Assembly (NCBI GenBank): GCA_044892525.1
Contig: CM097885.1
Span: 26,786,001 to 26,850,000, forward strand
Source: Schmidtea polychroa
Lineage: Eukaryota
Length of the DNA: 64,000 nt
Direction: 5' to 3'
In this document: positions 24,192-37,401 of the stretch, piece after piece
Layout: each line of letters opens with the position of its first letter
How positions within the stretch are numbered: the stretch's first letter is position 1
Notes under the pieces: generated by a model
Seen by the model: the letters and a program-made list of their open reading frames with translations, nothing else
Database searches by the model: none
What the model was told of the DNA's origin: nothing
Position numbers and translations under genes: made by a program

Positions 24192-25407
24192 TTTGTGGTA
24201 AATCTGAATTATGTATATTTGATAGACCGTCGCCCCAGGCTGTAATAGAATTTGGGGCATTTGAGGAAGTTTTTCCTATGAATTCAATTACCGATAGTAG
24301 AAATGATATCGAGTTTTATATTAATGGTTCACAAACTGAATATTTAGATTTGAACGATACTTTATTGACTGTTCAGATTAAGGTTGTAGATAAAGATAGA
24401 AAAGTTTTGGATGCCAATGCAGATGTAATACCGAACAATTTCCTGTTTCATACTCTTTTTAAAGATGCAGTGTTGGGATTTAATAATATCAAGATTGAGG
24501 GCGGAAATAATACATTCATTCACAAGGCATTAATAGAAACTATTTTAAATTACAATTCCGATACTAAAAATACATGTCTTACTCCTATGGGTTATGGCAG
24601 TGATGATGAAAGAAAAAATTGGGTAAAAGGCTCAAAGGTTTTCACCATGTGCTCATCACTACAACTTGATTTAATGGATCAACCGAAATATTTACTACCA
24701 GGAGTTAATGTACATATTAGACTGAAAAGGTCTGATTCTGCATTATCTCTTACTAGTGCAACTACTACACCAATATGTCAATTAGTTGATGCAAAATTAT
24801 TGGTGAGAAGAGTTCGAGTAGACCCCTCAGTATTAGCAGGTCATCAATTGGGTCTTAATTCAAAACATGCAATTTATCCATTAAAACAAAGGAAATTGTA
24901 CAATTTGCTATTGCTAAAGGTGCTTCATCATTCTATAAAGAACAAATATTTGGTGACAGAAGAATGGCTAATTTTATTCTGATAACATTTCAAAGTGAAG
25001 CACAATATAATGGATCATATACTGCGTCCAGCTAAATTTTCAAAAACTTTGGTGTTACATCATTGACTTTGTCGAAAAATACTGATTATAGAGAAACATA
25101 TATTCAAGATTTCGAGAATGACAATTACTGTGCGACATATATGCAGAGTATTGTTCGAAATCTGGGTTATTTAGATAAAAATTTGAATTGCGGAATAACT
25201 CTAGAGGATTTTAAAAGCAAATACCCATTTTTTACATTTGTTTTAGCCCCTGATTTTGATTTAAATCAAAGTCAATTACCTCAAAATGGAAATTTACGAC
25301 TGGATATAAAGTTTGCAAAAACTATTACTGAACCAGTACATGTTATAATATATGGAGTATTTGAAAATGAAGTTCAAATTACTGCAAATAGAACTGTGTT
25401 GGTATAA
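24188..25407 (+). pseudogene. Major capsid protein (double jelly-roll), frameshift ~24885 and stop ~25033
   Basis: KSELCIF..P..Q, IEFYI.G...YLDL, QPKYLLPGV..I.L.R, C-terminal GNLRLDIKFA...IIYGVFEN..I...R.V. Confidence 0.88.
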
Positions 25408-25434
25408 ATGTATATTGAAACACAAAAAGTTGTC

Positions 25435-25820
25435 ATGGAGTAAGTTGTTTTTTTATACTCTGGATTTATTTAAGTAGTTCTGTTCAGGTACTGAGAATTG
25501 GAAAACAGTTATTGGGAAATGAATTTGTTGGAGTTTTTCCTCTTGATAAAATTCCATATTTGAGCAATAATCAAGCAATAATCGTCAATACTCAATCGTC
25601 TCATCTTGGTGGAGAACATTGGATAGCAATATATATGAAACCTGGTAATATATTCGTGTTCGATCCTATGGGTTTTTATTACCCGGCTTTGTTGATATCA
25701 AAACTACAAACAATGGGGAAACCTATTGTGTATAATAAAACTATGTTTCAAAATCCCTTGACCCAAACATGTGGTCAACACTGTTTGGCGTGGTTGTTGT
25801 ACAAAAAGTTTCATGTTTAA
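25435..25820 (+). CDS. Adenain-like cysteine protease, probably with a short 5' intron (25440 to 25474 or 25477)
   Basis: FVGVFP, IVNT...GEHW, FDPMG, QNPLTQTCGQHC; ATG GA|GTAAGT donor joined to an AG acceptor gives MDSVQVLRIGKQLLG. Confidence 0.88.
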
Positions 25821-26190
25821 TAAATGTTTAGTGTATGCTTTGTTGTTGTTATTTAATAAGAAAGACTTTTATTATTTGTTATTTAATAAGAAAGACTTTT
25901 ATTATTATTTAATAAGAAAGACTTTAATTTTATTGTTATTATTAACTTATTAATTATTTTTAATTAACTTATTACTTATCATAAAGCCATCACATGCTCC
26001 GTGCATGCACAGTGCATGTTAACAAAGAACTGACTAATAAAGACAGTCACATGGAAACAGTGTGATTAACAAGGCACGTGTAGATGCAATGTGATTGGCT
26101 AAGAGAGTAAAATATTTAAGTTTCTATGTATGTGTACCGAAATCTTATTAAATTCGTCACAATTAATTTAAAATTTTTACAAAATTCAAA

Positions 26191-26901
26191 ATGGAAGGAC
26201 AAGAAAATAATATTCTGAGATGTATGATGGCTGGCAGCAATGGTAAAATATTATTATTTTATTTATTTTTATATTTATTTTATAGATGATTTGTGGTACG
26301 AAGTTACTGAAAATGAAGATGGATTTATTTTAAATTGTACGTATGGTAATTTTATTTTTATTTATTAATATTATTATTATTATTTAGACGTTATAATGGT
26401 GAGCGATGATGAAGATCCTATAATTATTAGCGACAATGACGATACAATAAAAATTATTAGCGACAATGACGATACAATAGTCATTAGTGAGGATGATGAT
26501 GATGTATCAAGTAATTTTTTATTATTATTGTATTAAATTAAAAACCTTTTTTAGGACATAGTCAAATGATTCCTAATCATATCGACAATGAGTTTTTCAT
26601 CGAACATGCGATGATAGAAAATACTCGTAAGTTTTTATTATTTTTATAATTAATTTTTAAAAATGATTTAGAAGCTTCAAATGTTTTGAATGATGCCCCT
26701 ATTCGGTATGCCCTCTCTGAGGATGATGCTCCAATTTATGCTGCAACTATTGATGAAACAATGCTAATTGATGCCCCCACTGCTATTGGAGAGGAAGCAG
26801 ATTATGCCTCTACTTTTATTGGAGATGCCCCTATTAGGGAGGTCTTTGGAAATATCCTCTCTGAGGACGAAACAGACTCTGATTCAGAGTCTAAATGTTA
26901 G
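26191..26901 (+). CDS. Five-exon acidic protein with tandem SIM-like motifs (178 aa)
   Basis: Exons 26191-26242, 26286-26345, 26388-26510, 26555-26626, 26672-26901; GT-AG introns of 43, 42, 44 and 45 nt, all phase 1; the joined 537 nt has no internal stop. Confidence 0.82.
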
Positions 26902-27106
26902 TTTTTTTTTTTCATGAATAATATTTTTTTATTAATCATAATTATTTATAAATTATTTATAAACTTAAATTATAACTTTCTTTAAATTATTTTAAAAAAT
27001 GCTGTAAATTTGTAATTGACGATTTAAATTTATATGAAGAAAATTTATATGAAGAAAATTTATATGAACAGATGATGAAAATTTATTAGAAAATGATGAT
27101 AAGGAT

Positions 27107-27244
27107 TCTAAATAAGGATTCTATATGTTTAGACAGGCCTAGCTACATTGGCCAATCTGTGCTAGACCTGTCTAAACTGAGGATGTACCAGTTACAGTAT
27201 ATAGAATTGGCAAAATATAGAAATGAATTTAACTGTGATATAAA
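27107..27244 (+). repeat. Duplicated internal PolB fragment upstream of PolB copy 2
   Basis: Near-identical to ~30293-30430 but has TTA (Leu) at 27129-27131 where both long copies have TAA. Confidence 0.9.
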
Positions 27245-27345
27245 ATGTCTCGCAGAACAGATGATGAAAATTTATATGAAATGATGATGAAAATGTAGAA
27301 GAAAATTTTGAAATATTCTTGAGAAAGTTATAATTTAAGTTTAGA

Positions 27346-27488
<143 letters not shown>

Positions 27489-27677
27489 CTTTAAATTTCC
27501 ATGTCTTTGATCTAACTGCTAATAATATTTCCTTTATTAATAATTGTTAATAGTTATTCAGTTTTATAATTATTGTCTAATAAAAACCTGAATAACTACT
27601 AACAATTGTTAATAAAGATATTAAACATTCTATATTACAACAATATTTAGATAATTATTAAATAAATTTATTAATAG

Positions 27678-30600
27678 GCCAATTATATCCTCGGTATTGC
27701 ATGTCTTCGACTGGGCATACTAAAGTATGTCACAAAAACATGAAAAAATACTATGGGCTAGAAAAAATCTAAGGTTTGACGTGGAGAAAGACGCCTTAGT
27801 ACAGATAGCAATAACACCAAAAATTATTCAAAAACTAGTATCAGAAATGAACGGTATGGGGCCCATTAAAATTCAGTTCACGGTTCTCATACAATTTGAG
27901 AAAGATGGCGAAATCCGAGATAATTTTTTCTCCAATAACGCCAAAGTTTTTTCAGAAAACTTTTTAATCAATGGCATCACTAAATTAAATAATAAGATAG
28001 AAAAATTCACATATTTAGGTAGCGGATGGCGGGTTGTTAAAATAAAAGAAATTGACTTCATAATAAATAAGTATAAGATTATGAATAGGTTAGTTGGACA
28101 TAGTTATATCCCCACCCCGACAGCGTTAAAGTCTAAATACGCAATTGTCAATATCCAGAACACAGATGATGATATGTGTTTTATATATAGTGTTCTAGCC
28201 CTCTTAAAGCGTGATGTTATACGCAGAAATAAGCATCGAGTTAGTGCTTACCAAAATTATTTGGATGAAATTAATTTTGACCCCATTAGTGATTGCTAGA
28301 TGAGATTAAGTAACATACCTAAATTCGAACGCAAAAACCGTGAACTGAACTTAGCTATTAACGTTTTAATATATAGAAATAAACCAGCGAAACCTATCAA
28401 CAATGAAGATTATATCAACAATGAAGATTATATCCCTCATCATCCCCAGTTAGATATTATTCACCGATCTAAGGTTATAGGTGGTAAACCCATATATTTA
28501 TTATTATTAGAAGACGGTGATAATTTTCATTACACCGCAGTTTTTGATCTTCAAAAACTTATGAATTCACACCCAAATAGCTCCTGTCACCTTTGGATTC
28601 GCGTCAAATGGTGCCCACATTGTCTTAATGGCTTCAGACATAGGAGCGCTTATGATATCCATGTATCCATGTATCTATGCCGTAAGAATCAAATAGGTTC
28701 TACTTTATATACATTACCGAAAGAGAAAAATTTAATATTCTCAAACTATGCAAAAACAGTAACCCCGCCATTCGTGATATATGCCGATTTTGAGGCGATT
28801 TTACCTGAGGATATCACCCACCATCAAAAACACATGCCAATAACAGCAGGCATGTTACTAATTAACAATTATAACAAAACTAGACCTGCTATCTTTGTAA
28901 AAAATTTATTAGAGATAGAGTTAGGGACCATTGTCACTTCACAGGTAAGTATCTTGGTGCTGCCTGTAGGAAATGTAATGTGTCTCGCAGAATTCAGAGA
29001 CAGTTACCTGTTGTATTTCACAATTTGATGGGGTATGACCTCCATCATATCTTGAAGTATGGTTTGAATAATTTTCCTTCTTGGGAATTGAATATTATTC
29101 CAACCACTACGGAAAAATTTATCTCTCTCATCGCGTACATTAACAAACTGCCTGTTCGTTTTATTGACAGTATGCAGTTTGTTAATTCATCACTTGCAAA
29201 AGCTGTTAAGACTCTTTCCTATCTGCCTTTAACTTCTTCTGTTTTTGATGGCGCAATTGTTCGAGCCAAAGGTATCTTCCCTTATGACTTCGCTACATCT
29301 CTTGAGGTCCTGGAATCAACTCTTGAATTGCCTCCTATTTGGGATTCTGTGTCTAATGATGAATATGAATTAGCCCAAGTTATTTGGACTCAACAAAATT
29401 GCAACAATATGTTAGACTATATGTTAACATACCTTAAACTTGATGTGTTTCTCCTCGCAGATTATTTTACACAATTCCGTGAAAAGGCCATTGCATACAA
29501 TGGTCTTGAGCCTCTAAATTTTTATGGTATTCCCGGTATGTCATGGGCCTCAGCGCTTATGACATTAAAGGAACCCATTGAACTTTTGCAGGACATGGAA
29601 ATGTTTAATTTCTATGAAGGAGGGATACGGGGTGGGTTAACATTTGTTAACAAACATTATGTTGTAAGTTCTGAAGACACAGAACTCTTGTATATAGATA
29701 TAAACAACTTGTATGGTTGGGCCTTAAGCCAAAATCTTCCGTATGGTGATTTTGAATGGGTGTATGATGACCTTGATTCTGTCTTGTATGAATGTATGAA
29801 TGCTGATATTGATAACCTTCCATATGGCTATACTATGGAGGTTGATATCGATATCCCTGATTGCTTGCATGATTTTTTGAATGATTTTCCGATTGCTCCG
29901 GAAAAAATGTGCCCGCCAGATTCAAAAGTTGAGAAGCTGATGCTTACGCATTGGCCGAAGAAGAACCATGTTCTTCATTGGCGACTTCTCAAGTTGTATA
30001 TTGAATTGGGGGCTTTAATTAAAAATGTACATAGGGCAATTAAATTTAAGCATGCACCTATTTTTAAAGATTACATATCGACTAATACTAATTTGCGCTC
30101 AAATTCTACATGCGAGCTGCATAGAGATTTATATAAATTATTTAATAATAGTCTGTATGGGAAATCCGTGGAAAACCTTAAAAAACGGATGAATTTGAGG
30201 CTATGCAATTCAGCTGAAAAGATGATTGTATATGCCTCAAAACCTACATTCAGAAAATCTATCAGAATTGATGATGATCTGATTGCAGCTCATCTAAATA
30301 AGGATTCTATATGTTAAGACAGGCCTAGCTACATTGGCCAATCTGTGCTAGACCTGTCTAAACTGAGGATGTACCAGTTACAGTATATAGAATTGGCAAA
30401 ATATAGAAATGAATTTAACTGTGATATAAATATCGTTGCCGGCGACACCGACTCCTTTTTCTTAGAGATAAAGCACTGTAAGCTTGACACTCTTTTGCCG
30501 GCAATGATTCGTGATAATCTTCTAGACACTAGTAATTATGATCCTGCTCATCCTTTGTATTCAAAGAGTTTGGATTCTGTGATAGGGAAATTTAAGGATG

Positions 30601-31048
30601 AAAGTAAAGGGCTTGGTTATAAGGAGTGGGTGTTCTTGCGCCCTAAGTGTTATAGTTTGTTAGGAGATAAGGCAACACTTAGGGCTAAGGGAGTTCAGCT
30701 TGGTAATACTGAGATAGGGCACCAGTCTTATTTAGACTGCTACAACAACAGCGTAGTATATACGGTGCCACAAACGAGAATAGGTACTAGAAACCATCAG
30801 CTCTTTACTTTCAAGAATAGGAAGATAGCCTTGTCGAACAACGATGACAAGAGACTATGGGTGGGGCCTAATACCAGTCTGGCATATGGACATTATTTAG
30901 GATTTGAGGAAACTGATGCTGGCCAGGTATTTACTCATGAAGAGATTGGACCGCTTTTTGGTGGAGAAAGCCCATCTTTCCATGATCAGGACAGTCCATA
31001 AATAATGATGATGTTACTGACATTGATGATGTCATTTTATCGGACTAA
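27678..31048 (+). pseudogene. polB: pPolB copy 2 (element C), disrupted
   Basis: Same motifs as copy 1; ~730-bp N-terminal deletion at ~27756, stop 28297-28299, ~160-bp deletion at ~28882, stop 30315-30317; retains DDKR. Confidence 0.95.
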
Positions 31049-31376
31049 TGTGATATATTAATATATCTTTTAAAAAAAAATATGTTTTTATTGATTTGTA
31101 TTCTTTTATAATGTATATATTTTATTGAAAACTCGTTATAGTTTTCACAATTCTTTCTATGTTTAAACATTATATTTTCATATAAAATTATCGAAAATGT
31201 TTCAGCATAGAAAGGATATTATTGGTAAAAATTTTTATTTTTGAAAACTTGTAATGTTTTCATTTTTATATAATTTGTAACAGAAAATAATTTGTAACAG
31301 TAGTTTGCAGTCAGCATGCAACTACATCTCTTACCTGATTGGGTGAATGATAAATCACCCGCAAATTTCTTCATAT

Positions 31377-32490
31377 AATTAAAGTCTTACCTGATTGGGT
31401 GAATGATAAATCACCCGCAAATTTCTTCATAAAATTTGCTATAAATTTGCTATAAATTAGTGTCTGACTAAAAAATTAATAACTTTTATACTACTAATGA
31501 TAAAAATTATTTCTATGGCTCAAAAGATTGATCTCCGTTTGGGCTTCAAAATGAACTATAAATTGTTAAAATAATTTGAGATTTAGACTAAGGTTTGGGC
31601 TGACGAAAAGTAGGACTCCGCGAGCACAGTTAATAATATTTTTGAAAAATAATAATAATTTTTTCATCAATCAGTGTCTGACTAAAAAATTAATAACTTT
31701 TATACTACTAATGATAAAAATTATTTCTATGGCTCAAAAGATTTGTCTTCGTCTGGGCTTCAAAATGAACTATAAATTGTTAAAATAATTTGAGATTTAG
31801 ACTAAGTTTTGGGCTGACGAAAAGTAGGACTCCGCGAGCACAGTTAATAATATTTTTGAAAAATAATAATAATTTTTTCATCAATCAGTGTCTGACTAAA
31901 AAATTAATAACTTTTATACTACTAATGATAAAAATTATTTCTATGGCTCAAAAGATTTGTCTTCGTCTGGGCTTCAAAATGAACTATAAATTGTTAAAAT
32001 AATTTGAGATTTAGACTAAGTTTTGGGCTGACGAAAAGTAGGACTCCGCGAGCACAGTTAATAATATTTTTGAAAAATAATAATAATTTACCTTAAAATG
32101 ACTAAAATGACTCTGACCAAAACCTTAATAACTTTTTTATTATTAATGATAAAAATTATTTTTATGGTTCAAAAGATAGATCTCCGTCTGGGCTTCAAAA
32201 TGAACTATAAATTTTTAAAATATTTTAAGTTTCAGACTATGTTTTGAGGTCACGAAAAGTAGGACTCCGCGAGCACAGTTAATAATATTTTTGAAAAATA
32301 ATAATAATTTATTATGAGTCATCGGATGAGTCATTGTCTTTGTTCTAGACGAGTGATGAGTCATCGGATGACTCATTGTCTTTGTTCTCAAGTTGACCTT
32401 GAAAAAAAATTTTTTTTAATTTTTCCTGCCGGGGGGGGGGGGGTACTGTGCTCGCGGAGTCCTGTTTTCCCGGTGCCCAAACCATCTACT
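31377..32490. repeat. Right TIR of element C with four subterminal units (214-bp period)
   Basis: ACGAAAAGTAGGACTCCGCGAGCACAGT at ~31603, 31817, 32031 and 32252. Confidence 0.92.
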
Positions 32491-35400
32491 TTTCTAGTAT
32501 TTGATATCTTTCTCAGGCTGCCTATTAATATTACAATTACGATAGTATTCTCTACTCGTATCATGCTTATCGAAACAATTTTTTTTCTCAATATTATTCC
32601 ATCCATCTCATTTAATTTAAGAATGCTATTGAGTGCTATTGAATGTTATATTTTCAGACATTTTTTACATCGTGAATTTAAAAAAATATAATATATTATA
32701 TTATATCATATAATTTATTGGTTTTTTTAATATTAGTGTTTTTAATAAATGAAACGCGGTGTTGAAAACGAAAATATAGTTGGTACACACAAATACCCTT
32801 TACTAAACTTTTTTGAATTTCGAGAATCACTTCATCAAACCTATGATTGGTTTCTCAGCAGATATACAAAAAGAGCATGATCTTCTAAAAGTTGTTGGGC
32901 TGAGAGGTAAGACAAAAATAAAATATGAAATCACATAAACAGGTAAAAAGTAAAAGACAATATGAAACGATAAAAAGTACCACCAAAATCGAAAAAACAA
33001 CTTAAAAATAAATATAAAATAAGTATATTAATTTAATAAAATATATGATAGATAAAACAGAATTAAAACAATAAATTAAAAGAATCAAAAACATTAAATA
33101 CCGATAAAAGAAGAAAAAACAACACTAAATATATACAGTTAATAGAAAGGATTTAGAAAAATTAATATAATCAGTAGCTCATGTCACAATTTTTTTAAGG
33201 TGTCTCGTTCCCACTACTGCCTAATTCCAATAAATAAATATAAGAAAAACGCGAATCAACGACAGGTAGTCCAACTGACCGTATCCATGAGTTTTCTGTT
33301 GTCTCATTGACGCTGCAAAGATGTAGCTAATCAACCCACCTGATCGATAGACAGACTAGATGGTTCGGCTAATCGCAATAAGTGAAAATTCACAATATCT
33401 GCTAATGATACATGTAGAGTCGACTGAACTCACAACAATCCGATTGAGAATTTTTCTCAGAGTTAAAACAGTCTGAGGGAATTTTTCGGGGAATAGTTCA
33501 CCTTATATAATCTCTCTAAATCGTTTGAGTGGTTGAGATTGTGTAGTTCGTGTAAATAGTTTGTGAATAGTTACGATGATGTAATATCTTCAAATGATTT
33601 AGGGGTGGTTGTGATTGTATAATTTAGTTAAAGGTTTGCGAATAGGTAAAAATTATATAACTTATTTAAACGTTTCGTAAATGATTGAATTATGGGATTC
33701 ATTTAAATGATTTGATTATATAATTTATTTGAATATTTTTAAAGATGATTGAATTGCATAATTAATTTAAATATTTTAAGAATGGTAAATTAGATGAATT
33801 ATTTAAATATTTTATGCATGATCAATCCTATAATTCGTTTAAACATTTCCTAAACTGGCAAATTAAAATATCGACCTTGATAAAAATGATTTTGTTTTGG
33901 TTAATGAGCCTACGAGCTAGCATCATCAACAATGCGAGATCCATCCGGTGCGAATGTATGGGGAATTCATTTTCTTTGTCTGTTATCAACGATCATGAAA
34001 AACGATGAGATATTATAGAACTTTACATATAATTTTGTTGCATAAATTTACCATCCCTACTTGTTCACTTTAGAAATGTCAAAGAACCCAACAGCTGCGA
34101 CACCTCTTCGGCCATGCTTCTCGTCATGCTTCTCGTGCGCTGACAAGAATTCAATAATCAAGACCCTACAAACCCAAATCGGTTTGCTAAAGAAAGTTGA
34201 TCACCTAGAAGGAACGTATTTCACGCCCGCACAAATAAAGGGAATGCGGATGAAGTTGTCGCGAACCGAGCACTGTCGCGATAGTCTGATTGAAGAGAGC
34301 CGGTCGTTGCGACTGCTGGTCAAGGAGCAAACAAGGTCTACGTGCAGGCAACGATCACGAAAAAGATCGCCTCTATACCAATTTCGGAAGAAGACGTCTT
34401 TCCGGGTCATCACCAGCCAGCGAACCCAATTCAATCAGAAGATAAAGTCTGTAGGAGTTGCGTGAACGATATCTCCCACGATATCTGACGTTCGCATCAC
34501 TGGTGTTAGCCAAGCGTACCCTTAAATCCGGTCCCTTCTCCGGTACTAAAGAAGACTCTTAAGCGCCGCCAACCAACGCGGGCCGAACGGAATAAAAAAC
34601 AAAAGTTGCTTCAAGCTGGGCGAGAAACGAAACTAGTAGCCGAAGCCATACAGATGCATCAACAGGTGCCAACCGAAATAACAGCGTTATCGCAGTTTCC
34701 GTTCCGTCTAATTCCGTCATCCAGTACTGACAGGGAAGAGAATGCGAGACTTCTTCGACCTCGACACGATTTTCGCAGAAGCTTCCCCATCGACTTTGTG
34801 ATAATACGTATGAAATCTGAACTCCTGATGTCGAACGAATGAACTAACTGTTACAGAATTTTCTTCGCTTAAGTCCGTTGTATTGCAGTGACCTATGAGG
34901 CGTACTTCTGTGTTATGTGGTAGTCTATGCTATTAAATGTGTTTATTCGAATAAATGTTGAGTTACGCAGAGGTGGTTGTTCTGTTTTCCCGAAGTTTTT
35001 CTGTAGTGTTTTTAAACCGGGTAAGAGTGTGATGATGAATGTGTAATAAATAACGAAGCCAAATAAACTTGATCGATACTTCGAATAATGAACAAGACGT
35101 AATTCCTTCTATCTTCCGTCAGGATGAAGGAGTAGTCCTAAGGCAGGGTCTCACCTTCTTCATCTTATTCCGTCAATATGGCACAGCACCAACATAACGC
35201 AAATCAAAGGTGTCATGGTGATAAAATCGTCATGTGGGTTCTTGATTAACAGTCGACTAATGGTGTATGTTTGTTTTTTTTTGATTTGACCGTCATCCCC
35301 TGGTAACGAGTGAACGTTTGTTGACCTAGTCGACTACCCAACAAAGTTGATAAGCCGTTACATGGTGGACCAAGAAATCTGCAATCGGCTAAGTTTCATC

Positions 35401-35928
35401 TGTATTAACTTAAAATATATCTAATATTATATATATATTATAACAATACAATATAATAGCGCAAATGCATTATTAGCGAAGGCAATGTAATACAAATCCA
35501 TGGCTATTATCGGTTAATAACTGTAAAAATATAGTAACTGTTAACAATTTAGTATTTATATTAAAGTATTTTAAATTTTAATGGTATATAGTGTATGTGG
35601 GAAAATGGCACTCACCAACTAAACCATAACTGGAAAAAAGTTCTTTCTTAATTTACCTATTAGTCTTCTCGACGGATTTCAAAGATGTATAACTCATTCG
35701 ATTCACAAAAGCCAAATCCACAGAGGAATTTTAAAAATGAAATTGAATAGGAAGACTGTATTAACCATTAAATATATTTTGGTAAAAAAAACCATTTCAA
35801 AAATGTTTCGAAACAAAAAGTACTTGAATTGAACAAAGATGGAGGCACTGGTTTGAAGACATCAAAAATACGAATAGACGACATTAATAGACTAAATCAT
35901 CATAAAACGATTATTATTATTATAAAAT

Positions 35929-37401
35929 TAGGATTGCCAGACGTCCCGGTTTTGAGATCATTGTCCCGGTGTCCCGAAAGAGGTCTTCAGGACGCTCAAT
36001 TGTCCCGGTTTTTTTGCATTGCAATATTTCAAACAAAATTTAAAATTTTGGAGGACAACTGCCTCCAAAGTTTAGTTTATTTATCACACTTTTCTATTTT
36101 TTAATATGAAAATTTTCCTGTTGGGTAGTTTGTTTTTGTTATGAATGACAGATGGTTAAGTTGTTTTTGTTTAACTTAATCTGTGGCCGTCGTGGGAAAG
36201 TTAGTTTTTTGTTTACAATATTTAAAGCTATTAAATTATTTAAAAATATGTGAGTTAATTGATTTTTATATTTATTATTTAAATTTTTTATATAGTTACC
36301 CTAATTTAAAAAAAACAAAAAGTGTCAATTTCTACAAAATTATAAAGAGCAATTTGCTTTTATTAAAAAAGGCAAAAATGAAATAGAAGCGTTTCGCAAG
36401 CATTGTAATTCGAATTTTAGTATCAGTGATTTGTCTGATATTAAAGATCATATCAATAGCCAGAAACACAAATATGCAGTTGCATCTTCGAGCATGTGTA
36501 AAAAACCTTTGAAAAACATTTTTTGTAAAACGTGATAGTGATTCAAAATTTTTACCAGCAAGTGTTAGGACAATTTTAAGAAAAAATGAAGAACATGGTT
36601 TAGCAAGTATGGTGAAAATTAAGCAGTTTCATTATGACATAATTCAATTTTATGAAACATTTGTTACTTATTTAAGCAAATGTATCACGCTATTAAAAAG
36701 TATTCGGTGTTTTCATGGATGAATTTAAAAGAAAAGCCAGAATAGGAAAGTATTAGAAACTTTTAACTATCTAAAAGAAAAATATAAAGTTTTAAATGAT
36801 ACGTTCCTATTCAGCCAAATTCAAACCGTTTCAACCATAATGTCAGAAGAAAAAAATAGAGAAGGAAATGAATGGACGCAGAAATTAACCTCCGAAAAAT
36901 GGAGTTTTATTTTGTCGAAAATGGAAACTGAATTTGCAGAACAATATATCGATATTTTTAAAATATGTGAATATTTATTTTGTATTCCTGGCCATAATGC
37001 GAATGTGGAGCGCATATTTTCCCTAATGGAAATTCAATGGTCGGACGAAAGAAATCGGTTACTGTTGAAGCAATATTTAAATGCGTCGTTAATTTTACAT
37101 TTCATTGTTACAAAATGCATGAATATTTAAAAAATACAAATTTGTTAAAGGAGGCAAGATCAAGCCGTAAATATGATTAGGAGTGTTTTAATAATGTATT
37201 TCCACGCTTTTGTATTTCCATTTTTGAATTAGAAATACTTAGTTCCTTTATTTTTGTATTATTAATTTTAAGTTTTATTTATTTTATTGACGTTTTTCAA
37301 TTAATATTATATATTAAGTCTTTTTGTTACAATGAATTTTTTATGTTTTTGAATAAATTTTTATTGTCCCGGTTTGTCTTGGTGAAAATCTGGCAACCCT
37401 A
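35929..37401 (+). mobile_element. Internally deleted hAT transposon, inverted copy of 2030-4432
   Basis: TIRs TAGGATTGCCAGA / TCTGGCAACCCTA; ~1-kb deletion junction at ~36537; near-identical C-terminal ORF 36840-37130; TSD only approximate. Confidence 0.88.

Noticed and set aside
31576..32002. Two near-identical 70-aa ORFs
   Set aside because: They are the 214-bp TIR repeat units, start at TTG and show no protein features.
33180..35420. GC-richer block with ORFs 34061-34465 and 34606-34842
   Set aside because: Probably retroelement-derived, but no recognisable domain, termini or TSD, so not called.
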